Below, piece by piece: positions 39,834 to 52,300 of a DNA stretch of 64,000 bases (positions are counted from its first letter, which is position 1; each line of letters opens with the position of its first letter). The DNA lies in contig DAOMOX010000005.1 of assembly GCA_035444565.1 (NCBI GenBank), forward strand, positions 5,045-69,044, given 5' to 3'. The translations under genes and the position numbers were made by a program. The notes under the pieces are model-generated. The model was not told the DNA's origin. It saw only the letters and a list, made by a program, of their open reading frames with translations, and did no database searches. The stretch comes from Candidatus Dojkabacteria bacterium. GTDB lineage: Bacteria; Patescibacteriota; Dojkabacteria; B142; OLB20.

Positions 39834-41525
39834 TTACCATTGAACTAATTCTCCAAGTACTGATAATACGGTATTTGTTCCATTATATACACCTGGAGGA
39901 ATACCAGTAGGAATTTCTAGACCCCACCAGATGTTTTCTATTTCAGGTGAAGATGAAGATGTGGTTTTTAAAATATTAATTTCGTATTCTGTTGCTGTAG
40001 TACTTAATACAGACCCACTAGCATAAGCAGTACTGGCTGCAAGTGCGTGTTTTTGATATCCTACACCTATTACTCCACTTCCACCATCTGTCATATCAGT
40101 TCCAGACAAATCCGTATCAATACCTGTATTTCCAGTGTTTGTAACTGCTGTAATTTTATCCAATGGATCATTTTTCTGGCCTACGTCCAGTGAGCCGTAG
40201 TTTATACTGCTGGTTACATCTAAGCCTGAAACTGTGGCCACCTCTACTCCTGCACCAACTTCTACTGCATGTGTTGCTGCATCATCATCGATTGCGTTCA
40301 CTGTGTTTAACCAATTTTGTGCTGGATACTGTGAATTCGCATCTGTAGGATCAGCATGATATTGGACAACCACCGTACATGTATAGTCTGCAGTTTCATC
40401 GGTACTTCCAGAACATGTGGCACCTACAACTGTACAAGAGACTTGTGCATAGCAATAATTGTCATTGTCCTCTGCATTAGTATCGCAACCTGAGTAAGCA
40501 ATTGCACTTCTATATAAACTTGTTTCAACTGTTGTAATATCTTGACAGCTATTTTTATCTTGAACGGTTGCTGTGACGGGAACATTCAATGTATCACCTT
40601 CAGGAACTGAAATATTTGCTGCTCCATTAAGCGTTACAGAACTAACCACAGGTGCGAGATTGTTTATAATATAAGCACCTGTTCGATAATTCGATACTGA
40701 AGCAAAACTGTGACTATCAAATACATAAGCATAGTAGTTAATTGTGGTATCGGGTGCTACTGCGGCAATACTAATCTGACAGCTAGGATTTGACGCGGTA
40801 TTCGTCGATGCACAAATTTGTGTACCAGCACAGCCCGATGCGGTCGCACCAGTCGTATCTGCACAAACTACCAACTTAACAGTATCCTGAACCGTATCAC
40901 TATCTCCATCTGAGGCTGTCGCTGTGAAGGTCATAGTTCCTCCTGGATTTGCTCCCGAGTCTGCTCCACCTCCACCGTTATCTGAAACAGCTGAGAATGA
41001 AGGGTCATGGTTGACTTTGAATGGGGAACCTGTAGCACCAGTACCATCATCACCTGGGGTAGAACAACTTGCTGATGATGAGTTATTGTCGCAAACGAAT
41101 GCATACCAGTCATTGCTTTCCACATCAGTTCCTTGAGTTGTATAGGTACATGAAGCTTGAACACCTGAATCAGTTGCAGTAGAGACACACCAAGTGCTAC
41201 TTGCAGCACAAGTTGGTGCAGCGCCTCCAACTCCTGCAGTAATTGCATCGGTTTTACAAATCGCAAGATAATAATCTTCTGCATTGGAGTCTGTCGCTGT
41301 AGCTTGGAATACTACATTCGAGCCTTCGTTTGTAGGGGTTGTACCATCGCTGGCAGTACTCTCAGCAGGACCTGCTGTAAAACTCGGTGCTGAGTTTCCT
41401 ACTGTCACAGTAGTTGTGACAGTTTCGGCATGTACCAATATCTTAAAACTTAAAAGCAAAACAACTAAAAAGACAAAAAGTCCAAGGGTAATATACACAA
41501 AATTTCTTATCTTCTCTGTCGTCAT
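39834..41525 (-). CDS. Secreted Cys/Thr-rich Ig-like repeat protein with shared C-terminal module (fibre subunit candidate)
   Basis: Signal peptide VHA|ETVTTTVTVGN; paralog of 41595-43292. Start placed at MTTEK. Confidence 0.8.
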   Translation of the reverse strand: MTTEKIRNFVYITLGLFVFLVVLLLSFKILVHAETVTTTVTVGNSAPSFTAGPAESTASDGTTPTNEGSNVVFQATATDSNAEDYYLAICKTDAITAGVGGAAPTCAASSTWCVSTATDSGVQASCTYTTQGTDVESNDWYAFVCDNNSSSASCSTPGDDGTGATGSPFKVNHDPSFSAVSDNGGGGADSGANPGGTMTFTATASDGDSDTVQDTVKLVVCADTTGATASGCAGTQICASTNTASNPSCQISIAAVAPDTTINYYAYVFDSHSFASVSNYRTGAYIINNLAPVVSSVTLNGAANISVPEGDTLNVPVTATVQDKNSCQDITTVETSLYRSAIAYSGCDTNAEDNDNYCYAQVSCTVVGATCSGSTDETADYTCTVVVQYHADPTDANSQYPAQNWLNTVNAIDDDAATHAVEVGAGVEVATVSGLDVTSSINYGSLDVGQKNDPLDKITAVTNTGNTGIDTDLSGTDMTDGGSGVIGVGYQKHALAASTAYASGSVLSTTATEYEINILKTTSSSSPEIENIWWGLEIPTGIPPGVYNGTNTVLSVLGELVQW

Positions 41526-41594
41526 CGAAATAAATATGTGTGAACTAAAATGTACCATAATTAACAATGTACTACAATCATCTAAATACAATAA

Positions 41595-43292
41595 TTACCA
41601 TTCTGCCAACTCACCTTTAACTGCAGTCACAGTGTTGGTTCCCGTATATACTCCAGGCGGAATTCCCAAAGGAATTTCCAGACCCCACCAAGTATTTTTT
41701 GTTTCTGGTGCTACTGCGGATGTAGTCTTGGGAACGTTTAATTCATACTCTGTCAACACAGTAGTTAGAGTAGTTCCGCTAGAGTAAGCAGTTCCAGAAT
41801 TTAGGGAGTGTTTTTGATAATTTACTCCTATAACTCCACTGCCCCCATCTGTCATATCTGTACCTGCTAGTTCTTGATCCAACCCCACATTTCCAGTGGC
41901 AGTTACAACAGTGATTTTGTCTAATGGGTCATTCTTATCTCCAATGTTTAAAGAGCCGTAGTTAATTACACTCGTGACATCGAGAGCATTCGTTGTCAGT
42001 ACCTCAACACCTGCCGGGACTTCCAGGTCATGACTTTGTGAATTATCATCGATAACTTTTACTGTGCCCAACCAGTTCTCTAGTGGGAATAAACTATCTG
42101 TAAAAGTGGAGTCAGCGTGATATTGCATATCTACATTACAATCATAATCAGCAAATTCGTCAGTACTCCCGGTACAAGTTCCTCCCGTTAACGTACACGT
42201 CACTTGGGCATAGCAGTAATTATCATTGTCTTCTGCATCGGTATCACAGGCTGGATACCCTATCCCAGAACGATAAATATTCGTTTCCACTGTGGTGACA
42301 TCCTGGCAACTGTTCAGGTCGCTAATATTTGCATTGACTGGAACACTTGTAGTAATCCCTTCCGCTAATGAAATATTTAGCGAATTGTTTAAAAACAGAG
42401 AAACAACTGTAGGTGCAACGTTGTTAATTGTGTATGTTCCAGTTTCGTAGTTTGACAATGACGCGAAGCCATGGCTATCAAACACATATGCATAATAATT
42501 ATAATTTCCATCAGGAGCTACATTTGGAATATTAATCTGACAGGTCGGATTTGATGAGACATAAGCCGAATTACAAAGTTCAACTCCGGAGCAACCAGAG
42601 GCTGTTGCACCAGTGGTGTCCGCACAAACAACTAATTTGACTGTATCTTGAAGTGTATCGACATCGTCATCATTGGATGTACCTGTGAATGTGATTGTTC
42701 CTCCTGGATTTGAGCCAGTGTCTGCCCCACCCCCACCGTCATCTGTAATCGCTGTGAAAGTTGGGTCATGGTTAACCTTAAAAGGGGAACCAGTACTCCC
42801 TGAACCTGTCGCTCCCGGTGAAGAACAACTTGCATACGTTGCGTTGTTGTCACAAACGAAGGCATACCACTCATTACTCTCTGCATCGCTATCTTGTGTG
42901 GTGTATGTACATGATGCCTGGACACCAGAATCTGTCACCGGAGACACACACCAGCTTCCACCACTACAAGTAGGCGGAGCACCTCCTACTCCAGGAACAA
43001 CTGCATCAGTTTTACAAATTATAAGATAGTAATCCTCCGCGCTAGCATCAGTTGCAGTCGTTTGGAACGTTAAATCAGCTCCGACATTTATAGGATTATT
43101 TCCATCACTAGGAGTACTAGTCTCAGGTCCAGAAGTTATAACTGGAGAGGCATTCCCAGCAGTCACAATCGTGATTACGGTCTCTGCATAGACTGCAACC
43201 TTAAACACAGCCAAAAACAAACCAATGATGATTAGATTTGTTAGTAGATTTGATTTTTTAATTTTTAAAATTCTCAATTTATTAATTTCCAC
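41595..43292 (-). CDS. Secreted Cys/Thr-rich Ig-like repeat protein, paralog of 39834-41525
   Basis: Signal peptide VYA|ETVITIVTAGN; colinear with its neighbour along the full length. Confidence 0.8.
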   Translation of the reverse strand: MEINKLRILKIKKSNLLTNLIIIGLFLAVFKVAVYAETVITIVTAGNASPVITSGPETSTPSDGNNPINVGADLTFQTTATDASAEDYYLIICKTDAVVPGVGGAPPTCSGGSWCVSPVTDSGVQASCTYTTQDSDAESNEWYAFVCDNNATYASCSSPGATGSGSTGSPFKVNHDPTFTAITDDGGGGADTGSNPGGTITFTGTSNDDDVDTLQDTVKLVVCADTTGATASGCSGVELCNSAYVSSNPTCQINIPNVAPDGNYNYYAYVFDSHGFASLSNYETGTYTINNVAPTVVSLFLNNSLNISLAEGITTSVPVNANISDLNSCQDVTTVETNIYRSGIGYPACDTDAEDNDNYCYAQVTCTLTGGTCTGSTDEFADYDCNVDMQYHADSTFTDSLFPLENWLGTVKVIDDNSQSHDLEVPAGVEVLTTNALDVTSVINYGSLNIGDKNDPLDKITVVTATGNVGLDQELAGTDMTDGGSGVIGVNYQKHSLNSGTAYSSGTTLTTVLTEYELNVPKTTSAVAPETKNTWWGLEIPLGIPPGVYTGTNTVTAVKGELAEW

Positions 43293-43346
43293 ATTTCTAA
43301 ATTTCTACATTTAATCTCCTTTCTCAATATCTTAATTTCTACATTT
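43271..43346. repeat. Short direct repeats at a gene junction
   Basis: AATTTC(C/T)ACATTT at 43284, 43300 and 43334. A 26-bp imperfect repeat occurs at 43271 and 43321. Confidence 0.6.
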
Positions 43347-43348
43347 AT

Positions 43349-46300
43349 TTACGGGATGTTATCATTCTTCGCTAATACAGTATTCACACCATCATACTCC
43401 CCCAAATTCTGTCCCAGATCCAGACCGAGCCGCCAATATAAGTTTTTCGTTTGAGTTGATGGTGAAGCTGTCGGTTTTGCGAGATTAAACTGAATCCTAA
43501 AAGCAGAAGAAGTTAAATCAGTTCCACTTCCGTACGTAAAAGTACTCATAGAGTATTCCTGTTGTCCTACAGCGATTGAATCTCCTGCACATGTGGGGTA
43601 ATCAGTACACATACTGTCTCCCAGTAATTCTAAGTCAAGGATTATATTCCCTTCATTCGTCACCAAAGTAGTTTTCTCCGAACTACTATCTCCCGCCAAC
43701 ATCAAACCATAGTCAATCGAGGTAACAATATCAAGTGCAGAGAGACTTTCTACATCAGGAGCATTTGTAGCACTAAATTCGCTTCCAGTATCACTGTGAC
43801 TATCAGTTGCTTCCATCCACCCTCTCCAATATTCTGACGGCATGGTGCTATTAGCGTCTGTCGCATCAGCATGGAAATACATTGCTGCAGTACAAGTCGC
43901 AGTACAAGTATTTCCAGAACAACCAGTTAAATCACATACTGCATCTGCATAACAGTTGTTATTATCTGGTGTACAGGCTTCCGCCCCCGCAACTCCTGAT
44001 CTATATAATTTGCCAGTCACTCCTGCAATTTCTGCATTTCCATCCAAGTCGGTTATTGTTGCAGTCCAACTAACATTATGTGTCGAACCTGCAGTAAGGC
44101 TAATATTTGAAGCTCCATTTACCACGACATTCGATATTGTAGGTGCGTTATTTGTCGTACCTGATAAAACCGTTTCCCAACCAATATTATAAGGTGATAA
44201 ATCTCCGATTGAGTATATTGCTCCTACTTTTCCATTTCCTGTGTTGTTTGCATTGTAATTCGTAAAGATTTCCGTCGCATCCGTAACAAGTGTAGTACTA
44301 GTACCCCACGACCAACTCGGACCTGCGGAATAAGTAGATTTTTTAGTAAAGATATCATCGCTCGTTGAGCCAATGTATCCGAGATAAACATCATTTGTTG
44401 CAGTATCTTTGGACAATCCTAAATAGGTGTTATCTGTGTTTGCATCGAGTGAAGCATTAGTAAAATCCCAATCTCCATCATATCGATCATAATAAATATT
44501 TCCTGACGAATTTACATACGCTAGGTGAACATAATCAATAGTGCTGATAGTTTGGCCGACAGTAGAGATATTTTTATGTAGACCTGTCGGGAGACCTGTC
44601 ACGATAGAATCCTGAACTCCGGGGACGGAAGCGGCTCCGAGTAATAGGCGGTTATAGAAGACATCTGTCCCATCTGAGTAGAGATAGTCGATCTCGTTTT
44701 GAGCGTCAGGATTTGTGGATTCAACCAGTATTTCTATCTTTCCAATATAATGATTCTCAACGTTTGCTTCATTCCAAATGCGTGTACTAATAGATTGCAC
44801 CTCGTTCCATGTCCATCCGCCACTTGGGGTAGTCAAAGTGGTGTAACTTGTCCAAGAAGGTGAATTTACTGATAGATAAAGGTCGTTATAACCGCTAGAT
44901 GTATTAACTCTAATGTATGTATCACTAGGAGAAACAGAATAGCCATATGCACGTGCCTTTACCGAAACAATAGTACTAGTAGTACTTGGTGCGTTTGTAC
45001 CATCAGCACGTAAATAGTTTGTTGTTGAACTACCAAGTGCTGTAGCATAGGCGTATGTGGAATTGTCCCCATCAAATGCATTTGCATCATCTGTCCACAC
45101 ACTATCGGGGTCTTGACAGCTCGATCCTGCAGTACAATTATCAGAGTTGTCGATATAATACGTATTCGTCTGAACTGGTGCCACACCGGTTGAATCGTAA
45201 TTATTTACATAACTCCATTTCGTTTTCACGTCTTGTAAAACTCCATGTGATTCGAGTACCGTCTCACCATTCCAACTCGTACCATTATATATATCATATA
45301 CCACGTCATCTTGATCATCCTTGTAAATTACATAAATATCTGAGCCGTATATGGCAATTGAAGGTTCGTACCCAACATCAGTTTTCGAGGTAATATTTGA
45401 CCAGTTACTAGTCCAAGTAGCCCCTTCATGCTTTGCTAACGTAACATAGTTTGTTGAACTCTCTACATAGGCTATCCAAGTATCTCCCGTCTCAGGGGAA
45501 ACCGCAATCGAAGGAATTCTCTGTCCATCAGTTATATTTACACTTGAATCAACTTGGTAATTAGTAAAGCTGGTCGCATTTGTTTGATTTCCAACAACTG
45601 CATTTAATGTACCATTCGCTCTTAAAAACACTATTTCAGGAATGTTAGAATCATTTATAGTAATATCTACATCACCTGTGGGTTGCGGTGTTCCAGATGC
45701 AATCTGAACACTTGTTTGCCAAATATTATTTGTTTTATTTTTATATTTAACAGAATAGGCACCACTAAAAGTACCCTGCTCAACCCATGCAATATGCACT
45801 TCCCCATTTTGGTCTATTGTCAATGCAAGTTCTTGTAACAAGAGATTGTTATTACCCGACAATTGAATTGTAGTTCCGAAAGTATCGGTATCGATAGAAT
45901 ATGTTGTACTTTCTATAAGATTTTGGACTGCGTTGTCTGGATATATGACTTGAATATTATCGTCACTATCAATCGCAGCAGCGATAGGTCCGCCTGAATC
46001 ACATTGTTCATTATCAGTGAGAGTCCAATTAGTTCCGTCTATACTTTTCCACATCTCGCAGTTTCCACCATCATTTAGAAAATTATACAACACTCCGCTA
46101 CTAGATCTAATGATCTGTCGTCCTGCCCCAGGCATAGTTCCAAAATCACTCACATCATCTACATTCGTCGGACTCCTCCTCAAATAAAGCGAATCGTAGT
46201 AAACATCCGTCCCATCAGAATATATGTAATCTATCGTATTGGGGCCGTAGTTATTCCATTCAAAAGCTGACTTTACTTTTACATTCTGGAAAGTGCCTTC

Positions 46301-49300
46301 ATGCAACACGGTTTCGCCTGCCCAATCTGTGCCATCATATACATCATATGCGATATCATCTTGGTCATTTTCATAGAAAACATACACATCCCCATTACCT
46401 GCAATTACTAAGGATGGTTCGTAACCTGCGTTTGTATTTGATGTAATAGTTGTCCAAGTAGACCAACTATCGGCATCAGCATGTTTCGCAAGTGCAATGT
46501 AATTATTAATATCAACATACGCTGTCCATGTATCACCAGTTATTGTATTAACTAACGAAGATGTTCCTCTCTGATTCATAGTATCATTCACATCAGTATC
46601 AACATCTTGCAATGTCCACTGACCTGCACTGTCGGGATTATTATCACTACCCAAAGCTATTGTAAGATCGTTGTCTAATCCATTTATAAAGGAAATCTCA
46701 GGGATGTCTTCGTCATTTATCGTAATACTACTCGAATGACCAGCTCCTGAAATCGTCTCTATCATGACAGAGTTGGTTAACCAAGCTGTGCTTACTCGAT
46801 TATTATAATATACTTCAGATGATAAAAATTCCACTAGGAAGGCGATATGAGGCTTATTACTACTATCTATTGTGATATCTAGATAACTAATATTCAATAG
46901 AGTGTCAGAGGAACCAACTTGTTCAGGAGTATTGAACAAATCGACACCTGTCAAATAAGTAACATACCATAGTTGATCACTAAAAGAATCATCAACAATA
47001 TATGTAGCATGTATAGTATCGTTTGAATCAATTGCAATACTTACTGGTCTATCTTGCTTACAAGTTTCACTGTCCCACCCTACCCAGACTATACCATCTG
47101 TACTTTTCCACATTTCACATCTTCCGCTATCATTCACGAAAGAATAAAGTACTCCCGATTTTGTACGTACCAATTGCCTTCCTGTATTACGGAGAGCTCC
47201 AAAATCACTCGCATCGTCGATATTGACTGAATCCGGTTGGAGTTGATAGAGTTTTGCGACTTCTTCCCCAGTTATTGCTCTATCGTAAACACGAACTTCA
47301 TCTATATATCCATTCCATGGTTCACCCGCGTCTGATTCAGCTCCTATCGTAAAATTCACTGAGTTTATTAAACTATTTACATCTGCTATTGTTCCTGTTG
47401 TCGAAGATTTTGAATCAACACCATTTATATAGATTGTAGAGTTTGTTGCGCTATCGTCATCAAAAACTACTGTAACTAGATTCCATCCACTAGTTGTCAT
47501 AGTAGTTGTTGTTTCAATTAAGAATTCATCTGAACCATCAGAAACCATAAATCTAACATCATCTAAATCTCCACTTCCGTCATTTCCATCGACCCATAAT
47601 AAATACCCCACCTCTGCAGTACTCTCACTATTTCTTTTTGCGATTATCTGATCATCACCCGTAAATGTTGTTCTGTTTACCCATGCTGAAAGAGTAAAGT
47701 CAGTTGAGTCTCCAAAATTAAGTACATTACCCATTGATACATAATCTCCTGTGCCATCAAAAGTTCCGCTCTTTCCAAATCCCGAGGATATTGTAGTTGC
47801 ATCTCCTATTCTTGTACCATCATAATTGTTCAATGTTTGATCAACTACCTCTCCTGAAGTACCATTCCAAGACACTTCATTCATTTTCCAATAACCTACG
47901 AGACCTTCTTCTAGAGAATCGAAATATTCCGACTCACCACCTCCACCTATTGTCGGGAGACAAGACGCACCTGTTCCGTCCTCCCACATCGTATCTGAGT
48001 CGTCCCACCTACACCCCAATAATCCAGTATCAACTACAAATGTCGCATACATATCTTCACTAGATAGCGCAGTCAATGTTCCGTAAACATTTAAGGACGT
48101 TTGGGCGTTAGAGAGCTGATATGGAGTAGTAGTCCAAGTCCAGGTTGATGGATCTGTTGAAGCTGCTTCTGCAGAGACGACGGTTTTGTAGACATAGTCA
48201 CTTCCGTCATTATATGTTGCACCCACCCAGATATGATTTGCAGAATCAAATGATATATAAGGTCTTGAATATGTGCCAGTTTCATCCATAGCGATGGATA
48301 CGTCAGTATCCCAAGTAACATCCGTTCCACTCAAAGTACCCTGGCGGAGCTTAATACTCCCGCCATCAGCTACGGCAACTACTATATACTCAACTGTACT
48401 TATTGACCTCCACCACACTGAAAAGTCATTTGTGTCATATGGAAGTCGACCACTTGCAGTCGTTGCTGGATTTGTCCAAGTTGAACCCTCATCACTAGAA
48501 TATTTCACCTCTATCTCATCTCCATCATGATTGAAACTCCAGTATCTGGAATTTTGATCATCATAGATTACCTTTCTCTGGAAAGATGAGCCTGTTGTGT
48601 CTTGGTTTGTGGAAGTTCCAATACAACCGTTGGGGGATATTGTCCAGTTTGCACTGTTATTGCCTGAGTTGACTGAGTTGCCTGCAGTTACGGATTTTGT
48701 TGTTAAATTAATATCTTGTAAATCAACATGCGAGACCGATGCACTTGCTGATACATCTACAGCTAAAGTCGCTTGAACTCCATTTGCAGAAGTCCTAAAA
48801 CGCATCATATTGGAACAATCCGTTCCAGTCAGAGTGAGAGAACCATTAGCAACAATAGATTTTGTACCTGCAGTCCCCAACTTTACTTCTCTATCACCAG
48901 TAGCGATTTCGAGAGTGTGGAAAGAAACTGCACCATTCAAACTTTGAGATGTGTCTACTGCACTATCGAGGATTACCTTGCCATCGTTGTGTGTGAAGGT
49001 TCCATTATTAGTGAAATCTCCTGCTACACTTAGAGGTGCCGCTTGGTTTGAGGACGCTGAATATGTACCATAAGTGTTAACAAGTATATCTCCTTCAACT
49101 GTTACTTCAGCATCGTTGGTGTTTATGTCAAAAACAAGTGTTGATGGTGCTGTAGATCCAATAGTTAGATTATTCGAAACATTTAGAGTGCCAGAATTAA
49201 GAGTATAAGTCACATTTGTTAATCCAAGACTAGTACCTACCTCTAAATTATAATAATTTAGTGCAGGTATTGAAATATCATCGTATACATTGTATTTTAC

Positions 49301-52300
49301 TGTCGATGTTGAGGGAGTAAATGTACCATTAATGATAAATGGGGTACTTGTTCCCTGGAGCAATATCAGATTCCCCCCAGCATTAAATGTTCCTGCATTA
49401 ATTGTAAAAATATCTGTGATAGTTAAATTCCCACTCGAAGTGAATGTAGTCCCTGTTTGGTTTAGGGTGAGGTTATTATATGTTTCGGCTTGGATTTCCG
49501 TAGCAGATCCCCCTGCATACTCGATAGTTGAATTTGTACCCTCATTTAAATTACCCGATATAATAAATGGTCGAGAAGAGCCTGTCCCAGAACCTGTTAT
49601 TTTTAAATTATAACCGGACGATTGAAGGTTTAACGCACCAGTTTCGCCAATATTTATCCTAGTTAGAGTTATAGAACTCCCTAGTTGAACTGTTTTATTA
49701 GCTTCCAATATTCCTAAATCCTGCTTAGTACTATTATTGTCGGTTATAACAATACTATTCGTGCCACCCAGAATTGTCTCTTGATTATTCTTTATCCAAG
49801 TAGAATTATTATTCAGGGTAATGTTCCCCCTTATTGTTGAAAATCCTCCGGAAGATATCCAATCTATACTAACAGGATTAGTTCCATCTCCGATTGATAT
49901 ATCGTTCATAATTAATTGGTTGCCAGAACTATCCATTATATATGTAGGGTTTCCTACTGCTGAAGGTTTTATCTCGAGATTATGGTATGTAAGTTCTGCA
50001 ACGGAAACATTTGAGTTAGAAGTATATTTAAAAGTCGAGGTATCCTCATTCAGCGTTCCCCCTGTTATGACAAGTGGGGAACCACCTCCTGTAAGATTAA
50101 TAGTATTACCATCCGCTATTAATATCCCTACTATCCGCAGTGCTTTAGTTGTAATATTCCCAGAGCTTGTTGAGTCCGGTCTATATGTATTTCCACTTTT
50201 TATATATATTTCAGCTGAGCTTTTGCTAGTATCATTAAGAGTCAAATCGTTTGAAGCATCAACATCGTAAAATATATCTTCGTCTGCAGAGACACTGTTA
50301 TCGTACTGACTTAGGTTAGCATTTGTTATTGTTCTATTGTCAGAATTTCCTATAGAGAGTCTTTGTTCTATCAGCTCTACTCCAGCGACATTCCCACTTC
50401 CATCATATGTGGTCACAGCAACCGCTTCGTCAGCCTCTCCAGCTCCATCAATAAATACAGTTATCACATCACCATTATTTGGGCTTGTTAATCCTGAAAT
50501 TGTCCAAGTTCCCGCAACAGTGTTTTGAACTTGTGCTTGTATAGAACCATTAATAGCTACCTTTATCGTCCCTGTATCTGTACAATTTGTTGTTTGGTCA
50601 TCTTGTTTACATGTTCCCGAAATATCTATCGCTGGGCTCGCGACATTTACCGTTGGATGTGATGAAATATTTGTCAAGGTCCCCCCAGCATCAAATCTAG
50701 TCCTTGTAGTGAATTCATCAATACCACTAGTGCTAGGCACATCTGCACCACTTGTTCCACCTCCGGCACCGTAAGTCACAGTAACCGTATCCGTTGATGC
50801 AAGATCTAAAAATCTTGCACGTATATCCACATCAGGGCCATTTGCCACAAACGTGGGACTTCCAGGTCCTACCATCACCTCATCAAGCCAAAATGTATTA
50901 CTGTCACAACCGGTAGTATCACATATCAGTCCAAAAGCCGTGATTGCAGTACGAGTACCTGTCATATCAAAAACGAAATATGTCCAAGTATTTGCAGATA
51001 CGGTACCTGTATCGAATATCGCTACTGGAGAACCAAATATTGCATTATTGTCGTAGCCGAAGTCAATTCCGGCAGCGCTAGTCAGTGCTTTAGTTGATCT
51101 CAACCAGAAAGATATCTGAGTATAGCTACTCCAATTTTGTGCGGACGCATCAAATGAGAAAGTATCCGTATCGTCAGGTAGTGCTGAGCTTGAGTTATTA
51201 CACTGTATTGCACCAGCACCTTCCTTTTTTGTAGTTGTATCCACAAAAGGACTAGCGGTTGTGTTGCACATATCAGAATCATCCTCTGTTAATGTCCAAA
51301 CACCCTGGGAAGTACTGTCTCCCGATACGAGTACATTCCCAATAGTCGTATTCCCAGATCCTGAAACAGTAGTGTATCCTGCAGTTCCTGCACTACCTTG
51401 TGGTGTCGACCAACCCCTACTTGTGGGAACTTTTATTGCCAACTCACCAGAATTAAGAACTTCTGATGGATCGTAAGTGAAAGTAAATGTCTGATCTGTT
51501 GAACCCATCAAAACACCTGTTGGAACAACCACATTTGTTCCGCTTCCGTCTGCATCACTTGCTATTTGCCACATTCTGACCTCTTGATAATCACCTATTG
51601 ACAGGGGACCTGTCAGGTAGAGAAATGGACTTATATCTGGGGCATCAAAAAAGTAAGAGTATGTAGTGTTTTCTCCTTTTTTGAGATCCACATCCCAAGT
51701 TATTGTTTGCCATGTTTCTTCGCTTGTTGTTTCAAATCCTTTTATTAAAAACCCTTTTGGCACTCTTTCAGTGATTTTACCAATGAAATCCTGATTCGCA
51801 ATCACTGTGATTTCCATAGGATACGCTACAAAAGGATATATTCTACTTGGCCCTTTCCTCTCGATTGAGTATGGGACTTCTGCCCGAACTTCATAAAAAT
51901 CTTCAATCTGATAACCATTATCTTTGTTTACCAGTGTCATTTTGTGTTTTCCAACTCCCTCAGCTTTGTGTGATGCTAGATAATCTGGGACATTAGTTAC
52001 ATTGTCTCTTTCACAAAAACCACTTTGTTTCACTTCGGGATTTGATTCTTTTCCTGACGGACTAGTAATTTTCAATTCTAAATCTGCGTCACAAATTGTG
52101 TGTCCATCGTGCTTCAGAGCTCCCATATTTAATGTGATTTCTTCACCAGGAATAAATGTCGCTTTATTCGTGTTTACGGAAAGAACTCCATAGGTAAAAT
52201 CTTTCTCCTGCTGGTAATACACTCCATCTTTGTATACTTCAAGTAGTGCCTCGTAAGCTCCGGGAGGGATTTTGTTTCGCGCAATCCTGACCGAGAAGGA

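Noticed and set aside
39834-43292. Diversity-generating retroelement or recent DNA duplication behind the paralog pairs
   Set aside because: The paralogs differ at many synonymous sites without an evident adenine-specific pattern, and there is no reverse transcriptase in the window.
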